From the human T2T-CHM13v2.0 reference genome, Homo sapiens, in NCBI RefSeq assembly GCF_009914755.1, contig NC_060941.1: a stretch of 64,000 nt of DNA; one strand, 5' to 3'. The notes below the pieces were generated by a model, which was not told the DNA's origin, searched no databases, and saw only the letters and a list, made by a program, of their open reading frames with translations. Positions 27,767 through 39,734 of this stretch are shown one piece after another (the stretch's first letter is position 1; the number at the start of each line of letters is the position of its first letter). Both the position numbers and the translations under genes were made by a program.

Positions 27767-30700
27767 GTAGGCAGTGGGTTTGCCAGGTGGCATCCCCTCA
27801 GTGGAGCCAGGGCTTGGGAAGAAGTGAGGGCTCCCTGAGGTTAGAGGGTGAGGACACAGTCAGGCCAGGGCTGAGGCAGTCACCAACTCTGCACATCCTT
27901 GCTTTGGGCTGCAATCTGCAAGATCCTCACTGAGCCACAGGGGAACCACAACAGGGACAGGGTGGCCTGCTAGTGTGCTCTGGGGCTGCCCAAGGGAAGT
28001 TTCCAGCCAGCTAGCAGTACACAGCTGTGACCCCTCCCCTCGCTATCCTGCTGGCAGCTGGGGAGGGGCAGCACGGGCAGCCTGCAGCCACAGTCAAAAG
28101 GACTCTGCACCCACAGATGGCCCTGCAGGCAGCCGGATGCAGTAGGATGGGGAGGAGAATTCTGGAGTGGTATGGCCCATAAGGAGCTCACAGGGGCCCT
28201 TGCTGCAACTCCCATGTGACCTGAGCAGGGCGTGGCTGACTGGGGTGGTCCCTCAAGGCCCAGTCCTTCCCCACAGGCCATGATCCTCCTTCCCTCCCTG
28301 GCCAGTGTGCAAGGCTTAGGGCATAGAAGGGTCCTACACCGCCTTACCACACTCCCCACGTTCCTGGGGCCATGGGGGAATGAGGTAACCTTTTTTGAGC
28401 CTCAGTTAATCAACTTGCAAAGCAGGCCTGTTGCTGCCTAATCGCCAAGATTGTTGTGAGCATGAAAGGAAGTTTTGGACCTATTATAGGTTCTCAGTAA
28501 ATGTAATTCCTTTCCCTCTGTACCATACGCTACTCTTCCCAAGTCCTGAGCCTCATAGTCACCCGAGAGGGAGCAGGGTGGGGATGGGGGTCCCTTGGGC
28601 ATCACAAGGCCAGAGGCCCACAGAAGTGAAGAGAGCCAGCCCACGGGCTACAGAGGTCAGGGAGCATGCACTGGTCTGGGTCCCTTTCTCTCCTCAGCCC
28701 CTTGGGCTGCCCTTGGATATACCTGCCCTGGGCTGCTGTATTGGCCCTCCTGCTGATGGAGTCAGCCTGGGCCACTCTCAGCCCATGGTCATCCACCCTC
28801 CATCCTGGGGTCAGGGAGGCAGGTGGGGGACACCCAAGCCAACATCCGCTGGAAAGGAGATGTCGCTAGCAAGAAGTCAGCGAAAAATACAGAGTGGTTC
28901 CTGGGACTGAAAATGGAGCTTCCTGCTGGGGAACAGCAGTTAATACGTAAATCCCCCAAAGCTTCCCAGTTGGAGAGAAACAAAAAAATCACAGGCAGAA
29001 TAACAGCGTTTAGGGTTACACTGCGTTTCCATGGTGATGCCTTGGAAACAGTGCAGAAGCGGAGCTCCTGCCTCTAATAAGGTAACTCCAAGTGCAGAAG
29101 CCGCTCTCAGCCCAGTCCAGGGAACTTGCTTGCTCTCCCTCCCTCATGACACCCAGCTCCCCAAAACAGCTACCCATGACCAAGTTTCAACTTTTTTGTT
29201 GGTAGAAGGAGCCACATGATCCCAGGGTGGGTAGGTTACCCACTTCACTGAGGGTCTCTTAGAGTCTGGAGCACAGGGTTCCTAGCCTTCTGCACTCAGG
29301 CCCCTCCTAAGACAACCTTGCGGGGTCTCTCCTTTCTACCCTTTGGTCCCGAGAGCATCCCATTTGAGGCTGCTTGTTTCCAGAAGCTTTGAATTGTAAT
29401 CAGAGGCCATCTCTTTGTCAAGTCAGTCTTGTGGGGTGACGTGGGGGCACTGCAGAGGAGCAGCAGGGTCCATGGTTGAGATGGGATCTTTGGGCAGGCC
29501 TCCCCTCTGCATGCAGCCTGATGCTAAAGGCATTCTCATGGCCTAGGGTGGGGCTGGGGGTAAACCTCACACCTTCAGAGCACCTGGAGAGGCGAGAACC
29601 CAAGACCCTATATTTCTTTCTCCATGGCCCAGTGTTGGCCCGGGAGAGTTTCAGATTGAACCAGTGGAGAGCTTGAAGCGTTGGCTGCCTGTTGTGCCCA
29701 GTAAGAATCAGCTTCTCCCCTTAAGGAACTCAGGTGGGACCTTCTGGAAGGTTCTGCTTCCAGAAGTTGGGGCCAAGGATCGCCCTGCGGGAGCAGCAGA
29801 CAGCCTTTCAGCTGAGGGCGGGAGTCTCAATAGAGTCTAGGCCTGGGAGAAGAGAAGGGCTTGGCCCTGACAAGAGTTTCCAAAGCCTGTGGCCTGAGAG
29901 GCGTGGGCTCCAGGCAATAAAGGAAAAAGCCTGGAGCAGAAGGAAACGATGACCCATGTAGGTGTGAAGGGCAGAAGGATGGAGATGGTTGGGAAGCCCA
30001 GAGCTGTGTTTCCAGCCAGGTGTGCAGGCCCCGGGTCTCCACTCCTCTGGTGGAGCTGAAGGAGGCCCGCTCCTCCATCTCCCAGCCCCCCAGGTTCTTC
30101 TGCTTTTCTCTGGCTTTCTTCTGAGTTCAGTGTGAGCCCAGCCAGCACCACCAGGCCCACATGTGTGTCTCCTTCCTTAAGAATCCTGTTTTTTACTGGG
30201 ATGTCTACTGTCACCCCCACTCCAAGTTAGAATTCTTCCTTCCCGTTGGTTGCCATGCTCCGTGTTCCTGCTAGGGAAGTGGGGAGCCTTCTGAAACTGC
30301 TGCAGAGAGAGGCCCTGCTTGGCAAGCAAGGCTCTAGAGCAACTTGTGCTTTGGGGAAGCGCTGCTGCCGGGGTGGGCAGTTAGGGTGGTTCTGCCCTGG
30401 GTCTTCTTCCCAGGGCAGCACAGCTGCTGGTTTCCCATGGGTAAGCAGCCCAGGATGCTGTGCTTGGTGCAGGGACAGGTCGTCCTGGGGCGGCATCCCC
30501 TTGGGTCATTGGAGCCCTTGGGAAACTTGTCAGGAGAAACCTTCACTGTTTGCTTCCGAGAAGCTGGCTTCTTCTGAGGGGAGCCTTCAGCCTGGGAGTC
30601 TGTCTGCTGGCAGCCCTAAGCTGAGTAGGTGGTCAGGTGTGCGTCCTGGGTCTGTGGGAAGAGCCTCCCTGCTTTTATCCTGTCCGTGAGGCCTGGAATC

Positions 30701-31531
30701 CTTGCAAAAGTGCCAACAGCTTTGGACCCAGAGCCCCACCCAAGGCAGTGCCCCACCACCCCATGGCCTTCCTGCTTCTGGAGCACGTGGTGGAAACACT
30801 CAGACCCCCATGCTGCCCCTCACTGGCTGTGTGCGTGTGGGCCTGCTGCCTCTTCTGTCAGCGCCTGCGGCCTCCCTTGGGAGGTGGGTGGGTGAGACTG
30901 GATGTATGGATCCCAGCCAGGCTATTGATAAATAGTCTGGTGGTGATGCTGCATCTGCAAGTGTGCGCACATACATGCATATAAAGAACCTGTGTCATCT
31001 GCAAGCCTCTCCAAGGGCCCAAGCCAGAGAGAGACTAAGGTGGTTTTCTAAAAATGAGGCTTGGCCATCAGGATGGGAGTGGGAAGTGGGCACTTGTATA
31101 TCATGCTCTTGTCTTTTGCGAGAGAGCTGAGATGTGCTTCACTTTTGGAGAGGGGCCAAAGCCATCCTGTTGGCAGCCCTCTGGGCAGGGTTGTTGGGGC
31201 CCAGGATGTGACCTGGCACTGCGGAGCAGCTGAGGATCACAGCCCTGCTGTTGCCTGGATTCTGTGTTTGCAGAGTCAAGTTAGGGTTCTCTGCCCAGGG
31301 ACTGCCTCTGCATCTGCCTAAATGCCTGCCCCACAAACACTTCTCCCTCGGAGCAATACCACTTCCAGAACCATGGAGAGATTGGGGATTGACACCTTTT
31401 CCATCTGGGCTACTGGCTTGTATCTAGCTTTGTGTGTGAGCTTGTGAGTGTGAGAGAGCAAGCATGTGCACATGAATGTGTATATGCATTTGTGAGTGTG
31501 TGCCTGTGTGCAGATTCAAGTGGGGTATTTG

Positions 31532-31865
31532 GTGTCTTTGTGTGTTCTGTCTGCTATAATAAAATACCACAGGCTAGTCAGCTTATAAATAATAGAAATT
31601 TTTCTCACAGCAGGCTGGTTAGTCCAAGATTAAAGTGCTAGTATTTTGGGTGTCTGGTGAGGGCCCCCTTGCTGGTCCTCACATGTTAGAAGGGGCAAGG
31701 CAGCTCTCTGAGGCCTCTTCTATGAAGGCACTAATCCTGTACATGAGGGCTCCACTCTCATGACCTAATCACCTCCTAAAGGCCCCACCTCCTGATACCA
31801 TCACCTTGGGGGTTAGGATTTCAACACATGAGTTGTGGGGAGACACAGACATTGAAACCATAGCA
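31532..31865 (-). mobile_element. MLT1A-type MaLR solo LTR
   Basis: 'ctgctataataaaataccaca...ggcactaatcc...atgacctaatcacctcc...ggatttcaaca...aaaccatagca'. Confidence 0.85.
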
Positions 31866-32285
31866 TTTAATTTGCATCTGACGACTCTTTCCTTCACATA
31901 GCGTCTGGGCACTCCATTTTAGCTTCTTAGGGGCAAAAAGCAGAGGGTGGGTAAGGCCACAGGGCTGGCCCAGACTTGGGCGCTGTGAACTTGTTCTTGC
32001 ATTCACTGTAAGGAGCTACAGATGATGCTGGACCTGTCTCGAGGGTGTGTTCTCTTTCCTTACTCTGTTCTGTCTCACCTTATTTGAGTCTTGGATGTCT
32101 AGGAATGACAGACTCCAAAGCAACTACTGTGGTCTCACTGTTTTGGGGCAGTATCTGAAGATTCCAGGCCCCTGACATTGTGTAGCTGGCCCGGGTGCCC
32201 CCTATAGCTAGGCAGCCAGGACCTGTGACCCAACCTGAGCTGTGTGCTCCTGCACCTTCACAGACACCACTTTCTCCTCCTCCAG

Positions 32286-32312
32286 GAGCCTGGGCCTGCC
32301 AAGGTGGCTGTT

Positions 32313-32347
<35 letters not shown>

Positions 32348-32514
32348 CCCCAGTGCTGAGAAAGTCCCCACCACCAAGTCCACACTCTGGCAGGAAGAAA
32401 TGAGGACCAAGGACCAGCCAGATGGCAGCAGCCTGAGTCCAGCTCAGAGTCCCAGCCAGAGCCAGCCTCCTGCTGCCAGCTCCCTGCGGGAACCTGGGCT
32501 AGAGAGCAAAGAAG
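32286..32514 (+). CDS. MPRIP: MPRIP coding exon (~exon 6), poly-Ser / Ser-Pro-rich linker
   Basis: ctccag|GAGCCT...GAAG|gtgagc; 229 nt, EPGPAKVAVT-S10-IPSAEK...GLESKE; phase 0-1. Confidence 0.97.
32316..32345 (+). repeat. Coding (AGC)10 trinucleotide repeat (poly-Ser)
   Basis: Ten uninterrupted AGC codons counted directly. Confidence 0.97.
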
Positions 32515-33228
32515 GTGAGCGGAGGCCAGGCTGGCTTGTATGCACGGGAATGGCCCTCCCTCCCATCAGAGCTGGCCCTGGGGATTCAGCCAAGGCCTGT
32601 AGAGCCCAGTCGCAAGCCTGGACCTCGATTCCCTTTGTCCATCAGCCCTGGGGGTAGCACCTGGCCTGGTATGTTCTGAGATTCCCGGGCTCCAGTCTTG
32701 GCCTTGCCCCTTCTAGCTCTTAAATCCCATCTTTAAAGGAGGAAGACAGCTCCTGTTCTGTCAGCCCCAGTTGCTTGTCAGGAGAATCAAAAACGTTTTG
32801 CAGCAGGGTCTGTGGATGGGAAGGCCTCTGTCACTGCACCATCGTGTTTCTTTCTGTGTGCATCCTGCCCCAAGAAGCTGCAGTCAGTCTCATCCCTCTC
32901 ACCATCCGCATTCTGCCTGGGCCCCTGGCAGAAGGAGGGGAAGGGGTGCTGGGGAGGCAGCAGTTGGCATCCTCGTGCCCTGTCTTTTAGCACTTTGGAA
33001 TTACCTGAGCAGGAGCAGGTCTTCCATCTTTGTCTGTCTTGTTCCCAGGCTCTAGAGGGCTCTGTAAGACACAGGCTGGGTTTTCCCATCTGTATTTTGT
33101 CTAGATTGTTAAAAATAAGTGAGCAGCAGGGGCCAGCCCAGCTCGCTCTGTCTGCATCTTCTACATGCACTCTGGGTGGAAGGTGTCTGAATCTTCCTCT
33201 CAGGCCTATCCATTCAAAAATCTATTCA

Positions 33229-33615
<387 letters not shown>

Positions 33616-33980
33616 TCAGCTTCCCCCTTGATGTTGGTGAGAAGCGGTTGGTGGTGGGGGTCTTGCGTCCTGAGGTACAGATCTGATCTTCCAGCCAAGC
33701 CCCCAGACTAGAACTGCAGGGCCTGCCTGCCAGTCTGGCTGAGAGGCAGCCAGCTGCAGGGGAGAGATGGATGAGAGAAAAAAGCATGCACGAAATATTT
33801 CATTCCCATCCATGGTTCTTTCCGTCTCACTCTGCCCTTGAGTGGGGTGTGCTGGATGTTAGAGACGGGAGGTGGAGAAGGCCCCTGCTTGGATCCTACA
33901 TGGGCTTTAAAAAAAAAAGTCCTCAAAGCAAAGCTGCCAGCAGGCTGAGTGCGTCTCCTCCCTCCCACTGTCTCTTCCAG

Positions 33981-34140
33981 AGGAGAGCGCCATGAGTAGC
34001 GACCGCATGGACTGTGGCCGCAAAGTCCGGGTGGAGAGCGGCTACTTCTCTCTGGAGAAGACCAAACAGGACTTGAAGGCTGAAGAACAGCAGCTGCCCC
34101 CGCCGCTCTCCCCTCCCAGCCCCAGCACCCCCAACCACAG
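33981..34140 (+). CDS. MPRIP: MPRIP coding exon (~exon 7), short form using the proximal donor
   Basis: ttccag|AGGAG...CACAG|gtacag; 160 nt, (E)ESAMSSDRMDCGRKVRVESGYFSLEK...PSTPNH(R); phase 1-2. Confidence 0.93.
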
Positions 34141-34494
34141 GTACAGTTGCCCCGAGTCGCCCTCCCAGGAGCTCGGTGGTCCTCTTCCTTCCCCAGGTCC
34201 TCGACTCCCCCACCAAATGGTCTGCAGCATCTCCCTCAGCTCCCTGGATGTGGCCAGCCAGCCACCTGCCTACGTGGACTCTGGCAGCACTAGGGGGCGG
34301 GGGACAGAGAGACTGGGGAGCGCCTTTGCCTTTAAAGCCAGCAGGCAATATGCCACCCTGGCCGACGTCCCTAAGGCCATCAGGATCAGCCACCGAGAAG
34401 CCTTCCAGGTGGAGAGAAGGCGGCTGGAGCGTAGAACTCGGGCCCGGAGCCCTGGCAGGGAGGAGGTGGCCCGTCTGTTTGGCAACGAGCGGAG
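34141..34494 (+). CDS. MPRIP: In-frame 354-nt alternative 3' extension of the preceding exon (distal donor)
   Basis: The frame stays open for 118 codons to a strong donor GAG|gtaagg at 34494, in the same phase (2) as the proximal donor; ends ...RARSPGREEVARLFGNER(R). Confidence 0.8.
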
Positions 34495-35929
34495 GTAAGG
34501 AGCAGGTTAGAGGGTTGAACACCCAGGCCCACACACATGCACTTCCACCCACGCACATACACTCATACTCTCTGTTTCTCTCACATACAGTCCCCAAGCC
34601 TCCCTTGGCGGAGCATGCTTTCTGTTCAGAGCATAGGGGTATTTTCCCTCTGGGCCCAGAACTCAGCTCTAGTAGCCAGAATGCAGAATTTCTGAGCATC
34701 AGAGGTCGACGCCAAGAATAGCAGTTTTCACATCAGTGCCTCCTAGGACTGGGACCTTAAGGTTCCCTGATGGGTTCTCAGCTGCCTGGTCCTTGTGGGG
34801 CTGGATCTTTTCCTCCTGGGCCATTTCTATTCTCTGAAGTGGCATGGAGGCAGGGAGTCCCTAGAGCTACATGTGGTGACAGAGGCGCTCCTCACCCTGG
34901 CAGTCCCAGGGTGGGCAAAGGGCACTGAGAGGTTCAGAGGCAGACAGGCATGCCCAGGAAGGTGGGGGCAGCACAGGTTCCTCTCTCAAGGACATGCTCC
35001 CTGGGGAGCCACAGCCCCAGGAAACCTGAGGCAACCTGTGAAGCAGCTGAGCACCAAATAGCATTGCTTTTGCCCTCCAGGGGAGCATTGCTTTTTGCCC
35101 TCTAAGACTTTGACTGGCTGGAGAGAGAGAAAGTTTGGACATCCGGGCCTAGGGCAGGGACCAGGGGCACAGGTGCAGAACTTGACTGCTGCCGAAGAAG
35201 ATGAGGGCCCATGCCCTGCCCTGCCCTTGTTCTCCAGAGTTTCCTGGAGAACTAGAGAAAGAGTTGGATGTCCTCTGAGGCCTCCAAGCCCAAATCCAGA
35301 CGCAAGTGCCCAAGCACGCCTTCAATCAGGCTTGCACCCCTGCATCTGTATACTGAGGCTTTGCCTTGACAGCAGGGTTCCTCAGCCAGGTTTATGGATA
35401 GACTTACAGACTTCTGGAGGTCCATGATGACCTGCCCCCTCAATAAAACAATTTCACAGTATTCTTCCCAGAAGAGAGTTAGGGTTAGGCACTCTTCTGG
35501 GAAGAAGACCCATAGTTTTCATTAGGTTCCCAAGGTTCACTGTCCAGAAAAGAGGTTCAAACCATAGTTCTGGAAGTCTTCTCAGAGTGTCCTCCCTTCC
35601 CCAGCCACAACCTGGAGCTCAGAGTTAGAGACGCTACCAGGAGGGACAGGTGAAGGCAGCCATGGGCTCCCGTGCCTCGAAGGGCAGGTGGAGGGAAGTG
35701 TCTTTACATCCTGCCCCCTTTTCTTCTGAGCACCCACCATTGGCTGACAGCCCACCCACTCTTCCAAACGTCCCAGATGAAAAGGCCTGTGAGCCTGCAG
35801 GTTAGTCTCCAGGATAAGGAAGCATCTCCCAGAGATACTGCTGGTGAGAGGAAAATGACACGTTGACTTCCTAGGGAAAGGAAGGGCAGCCAAGTGGTTC
35901 CCAGCCCCTGCCTAGTGCCCCAGGGTGCT

Positions 35930-36060
35930 CTGCTAAGCACTTGGCTGCCTTAATGTTTCATAGTAGCCTGATGAGGATCTGTTACTACCGCCCCCAGTTA
36001 TAGATGTGAAAACTGAGGCTCAGGAGTAGGTGACTTCTCAACAATGGATAGCTGGTGCAG
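35930..36060. mobile_element. MIR SINE fragment
   Basis: 'tgctaagcactt...tatagatgtgaaaactgaggctcagg...gtgactt'. Confidence 0.6.
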
Positions 36061-37505
36061 ATCCCAGTGGGGCCTTAGCCGGGAAGTCCCTGCTCCCATC
36101 CTGTGATCCAGGACTGATGCCAAGGATGCTCTTTTAAGCAATTAAGAAAATATATAAGTAAAGGGTTTTGCTAGAGAGAGGAGGAGGCCAGTGGGTGGGC
36201 AGGGGAGGCTTCATGCTGGCTGGCAAGCAGGCTGTGTGTCGTGGTGGCTCCAGAGCAGGATCAGCTATGTCCTGGTTTAGCGCCAGACCACAGAATTAGC
36301 ATTCAGCACACCTGCTTGGCTTGGCTTCTTCTCGGAGAGACTCCTTTTGAACTCGTTCTTGTCTCCTGTCGCCTGGGACAGGTGCAGTCTCTGGGGCTTT
36401 GTACTCTGCATGCACTGCCACACGGGGATGGGTTTTCACCTGGTGCTGGCCCCACCCCCCACCAGTTCTGCATACTAATACTGCAGCATCCCTTTCTCCT
36501 GACCCTGGTGACATCTGATTGGCTGCTGTCGCTTTCTGAGGCCTGCTCACTGGATCCCTAGTAGCCCACCCTGTGCTTGGTTGGATTCCTGTCCCCTGGT
36601 TGATTAGAGCAGAATCTCCAAATTGGCAAGAGATTCTTGGCCACACCTACCTGAAATGGCAGCCACAATAGGTGTGCCCAGGAGCCAGACTGCTGGGACC
36701 ACAGGGTTGGTTTTTTGACAAGCCACAGTCATCTAGGCAAGCCTATCTGAACCTGACCGGTTCTGGGCTTCGATGTGTCCGTTCCTCAGACTTCCAGAGT
36801 GTTTCTTGGATAGTGAGTCACCTCTGGCTGCTGAGTGGGGGAAGTTGTTTTCCTGGTTGGCCTGCTGGTGACTGGCAGCAAGGACAGCTCCCCATGTAGC
36901 CCTAACCCCCCTGCCCTCAGCACAGCGGTTAGTGCCCTGGGAACCCTGGAGCTGCAGGGTACAGGCCCCGTTTTCTGTGCTGACCAGTAAGGTGCTTGCT
37001 GTCCCACCTGCAGCTTCCAGGGCACCAAGTAATAACTTTCCACCTCGCCCAGTAGATCAGGGCAGCCAGTGTGCGAGCCTGTGGTCTTACAGGATCTCCC
37101 CAGGCCCCCATGCAGAGTGACTGTAGCAAGTGCCTTTCCTCTTCTCCACCACGACTCCTCTGTCTGGATCCCCACAGTACCACGGCATGCGATTTGCATG
37201 AGGTTAAAGCCCAGCAGTTCCTCACTGCTTTCCTGGGGCTTTCTAGGCCCCAGTGTTGGGCAGAGGAGCCCTCATCCTGGAAGTGGCCTGTTGGTGAGCC
37301 TTGAATCTCACCAAGATCCCACCACAATCGCTCAAGTGTGGTGGACGCCTGGCTTGCACTTACCAAGCTTTCCCTGGGTGTCCTGGAACTCCAGCAGCTT
37401 CCTTAGCTTCCTGCTCTCACAATGCCGCGGCCTCTGCTGCTCCCCTACCCCAGCGCCTGCCTCCGCTGCTGGTTCTAGCAGGCTGGCCCGGCACAAGCTT
37501 CTTTC

Positions 37506-37591
37506 CTGAGGAAGACACTTTGTGTCTAAGCGCAGGGAGGAAGCTGAGCTGAGGAAGACACTTTGTGTCTAAGCGCAGGGAGGAAGCAGAG
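37506..37591. repeat. 43-bp tandem duplication (2 copies, 42/43 identical)
   Basis: CTGAGGAAGACACTTTGTGTCTAAGCGCAGGGAGGAAGC(T/A)GAG x2. Confidence 0.95.
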
Positions 37592-38098
37592 CCCGGGGCC
37601 CTCGCCCTCCTCTCTCCGGGGGTGAAGACGCCTTAGGCAGCCAGTTTTCCCTCGCACTCCCTGAGAAGCAGCTGGCCTCTTGGGGGAGGTGGGGTCTCAG
37701 GAATTGATCTTGTTTCCTCTCTTCCTTGTGGAGATAATTAGGCTTCCAGGCTTGGGAGCCCTTCACCCACTTCCTCTGGGTTCTTATCCTCTTGTCCAGA
37801 GCAGCAGTGACACCCTCCCCGCCAGGTAACTTAGGTGCCCCTGGGAGAACAGGCCCGGCCCTGTGAGCTGAGCCTCAGCTGGTGCGTCCCCCACCTCTGA
37901 CCCCACCAGGGTGACTTCTTGCAGCTGGAGGACAATCATGGTCTCTCTCCCTCTTCAGTGATTACCTTGGGTTTTTGCTTCTTTAATTCTTTGGATAATT
38001 TTGGTTCACCATTATTTGATTTGAAAAAGCAGCGCTCTTCCATGTATTCATTTCCCAGCCTTGTTTTCTTTCAGGTCTTGCCTCTGCGCTCTCCTGCT

Positions 38099-38117
38099 GT
38101 GCCGCTGGGTGGCGCTG
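38099..38117 (+). promoter_or_regulatory. Candidate CTCF-binding motif in a small CpG-rich patch
   Basis: gtGCCGCTGGGTGGCGCTG aligns to the CTCF core CCRSYAGRKGGCRS with one tolerated A>G change; about 9 CpGs in 38085-38165. Confidence 0.45.
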
Positions 38118-38691
38118 CGCCTCCTCCACCCGCTTCGCCCCCATCTAAGCTCCGTCTCCGGCCGTAGACAGCCTGAGGAGGCCGCCAGCCCTTTCACATG
38201 AAATCAGCCTGCTTTGTTTTTGTTTTAATTTGGTCTTTGATTCCTTTTACTGTTGGCAGAAACAATGTTAATTCCTGGGCCTCTTCCTTGCTAAATTTTG
38301 GGGTGGGGGGTGCACTGTGATCCATGAGGGATGCAATGAGAATGGAGGCTGCCTTCCGTGGTGGTGGTTGCCTTTTGATCATGTCTGTGGCTCAGGAGAG
38401 GCTGCCGGGTGCCAAGCTGTGTGAATGCCGAGTGGGTCAGCACCACAGAGCCTGCAGGGCCTCTAGCGCGGGGGCAGAGGGTATGGGCAAGCGCAGGCCT
38501 GATGGGAGGGAGGGCCGTGGAGGGGTGCAGGCAGAGCTCGGGTCAGCTGAGCACGTGTCTAGACAACCTCGGTGCTGTGCAAGCCTGAGGGGAATCAGGC
38601 CCGGGCCAGGCTGGGCATGGGAGGAGTCGGCTCACTGCCACCTCACAGCTCACCTCACTGCCACCTCAGGGCCTCGTGTCCTCTCTTGCAG

Positions 38692-38830
38692 GAGGTCCCA
38701 GGTGATTGAAAAGTTTGAGGCCTTGGACATTGAGAAGGCAGAGCACATGGAGACCAATGCAGTGGGGCCCTCACAATCCAGCGACACACGCCAGGGCCGC
38801 AGCGAGAAGAGGGCGTTCCCTAGGAAGCGG
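38692..38830 (+). CDS. MPRIP: MPRIP coding exon (~exon 8)
   Basis: cttgcag|GAGGTCC...AAGCGG|gtgagc; 139 nt, RSQVIEKFEALDIEKAEHMETNAVGPSQSSDTRQGRSEKRAFPRKR; phase 2-0. Confidence 0.97.
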
Positions 38831-39620
38831 GTGAGCTCCTGGGGCTGGGCAGCACCTCAGGGGTGGCTCGGGGGCGGGTCAGCATGCACCCCATGCGCCA
38901 AGTCCCCTCCACACAGGCCTGGGATGTGCTCCTGCCAGGCTTCTCTCCAACCACCTCCTCTGCATAGTGACTTCTTGAGAGCAGGCCTGTCTCCTGCAGC
39001 TTCATATCAGAGCCTTCTCCGTCTCTGCTGAAGGATATTCTCATGCATTTTAGATCCCAGATTTAATTAGGATCACTCTCTTCCTATCTGAGACAGCCCA
39101 GCAACAAGGCTGAATGTCACACCTTCCTAACTCTTTCTTTCAGTACAACTACACCCCTCGTTTCTCCACTCAGCCCAAGGTAGACTCGGCTTCTGAAATC
39201 CTCCTGGGCACCCGCCTGCTGCTTTTGTAGCCGGCCAAGTCTAAGCTCATCTTCTCCTGGCTTCTCTCTTGTTCACAAGGTGCCTAGTGCCTACTGTCTG
39301 GCCCACAGCTTGCCACCTGCCACCACAGAGCCCAGGGCTCTTCCTTCTGTGACCCAGAGAAGCTGGAGGATGGGGTGGGGCCAGGAAAGTGACAGTGACT
39401 GGGAATCCAAAAGAAAAGGCTGCTCTATCAACCAGGGCATCTCAGGACCCGGGTCCTGTCCTGGCCCTGCTGCAGACTTGCTATGGGGGCTAGGCAGATC
39501 ACTGCCCCTCGCCAGGAGCAAGGCCCTGGCGGCTCTTGGAGGGGTGGACAGCACCAGCTCGTCCCTCACATGCCCACATTGCCCTGGGCTGCACTGACCA
39601 GCGGCTGCTCTCTGCCACAG

Positions 39621-39734
39621 GACTTCACCAATGAAGCCCCCCCAGCTCCTCTCCCAGACGCCTCGGCTTCCCCCCTGTCTCCACACCGAAGAGCCAAGTC
39701 ACTGGACAGGAGGTCCACGGAGCCCTCCGTGACG
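39621..39734 (+). CDS. MPRIP: MPRIP coding exon (~exon 9), symmetric 114-nt exon
   Basis: ccacag|GACTTC...GTGACG|gtgagc; DFTNEAPPAPLPDASASPLSPHRRAKSLDRRSTEPSVT; phase 0-0. Confidence 0.96.

Noticed and set aside
33923-34699. 258-aa minus-strand ORF
   Set aside because: Overlaps the MPRIP exon and its extension in antisense; typical shadow ORF.
35060-35102. 18/19-bp near-tandem repeat AGCATTGCTTTT(T)GCCCTC
   Set aside because: Real, but an ordinary short slippage duplication.
37506-37591. Direct repeats as a CRISPR-like array
   Set aside because: Only two adjacent copies, no spacers, mammalian intron.
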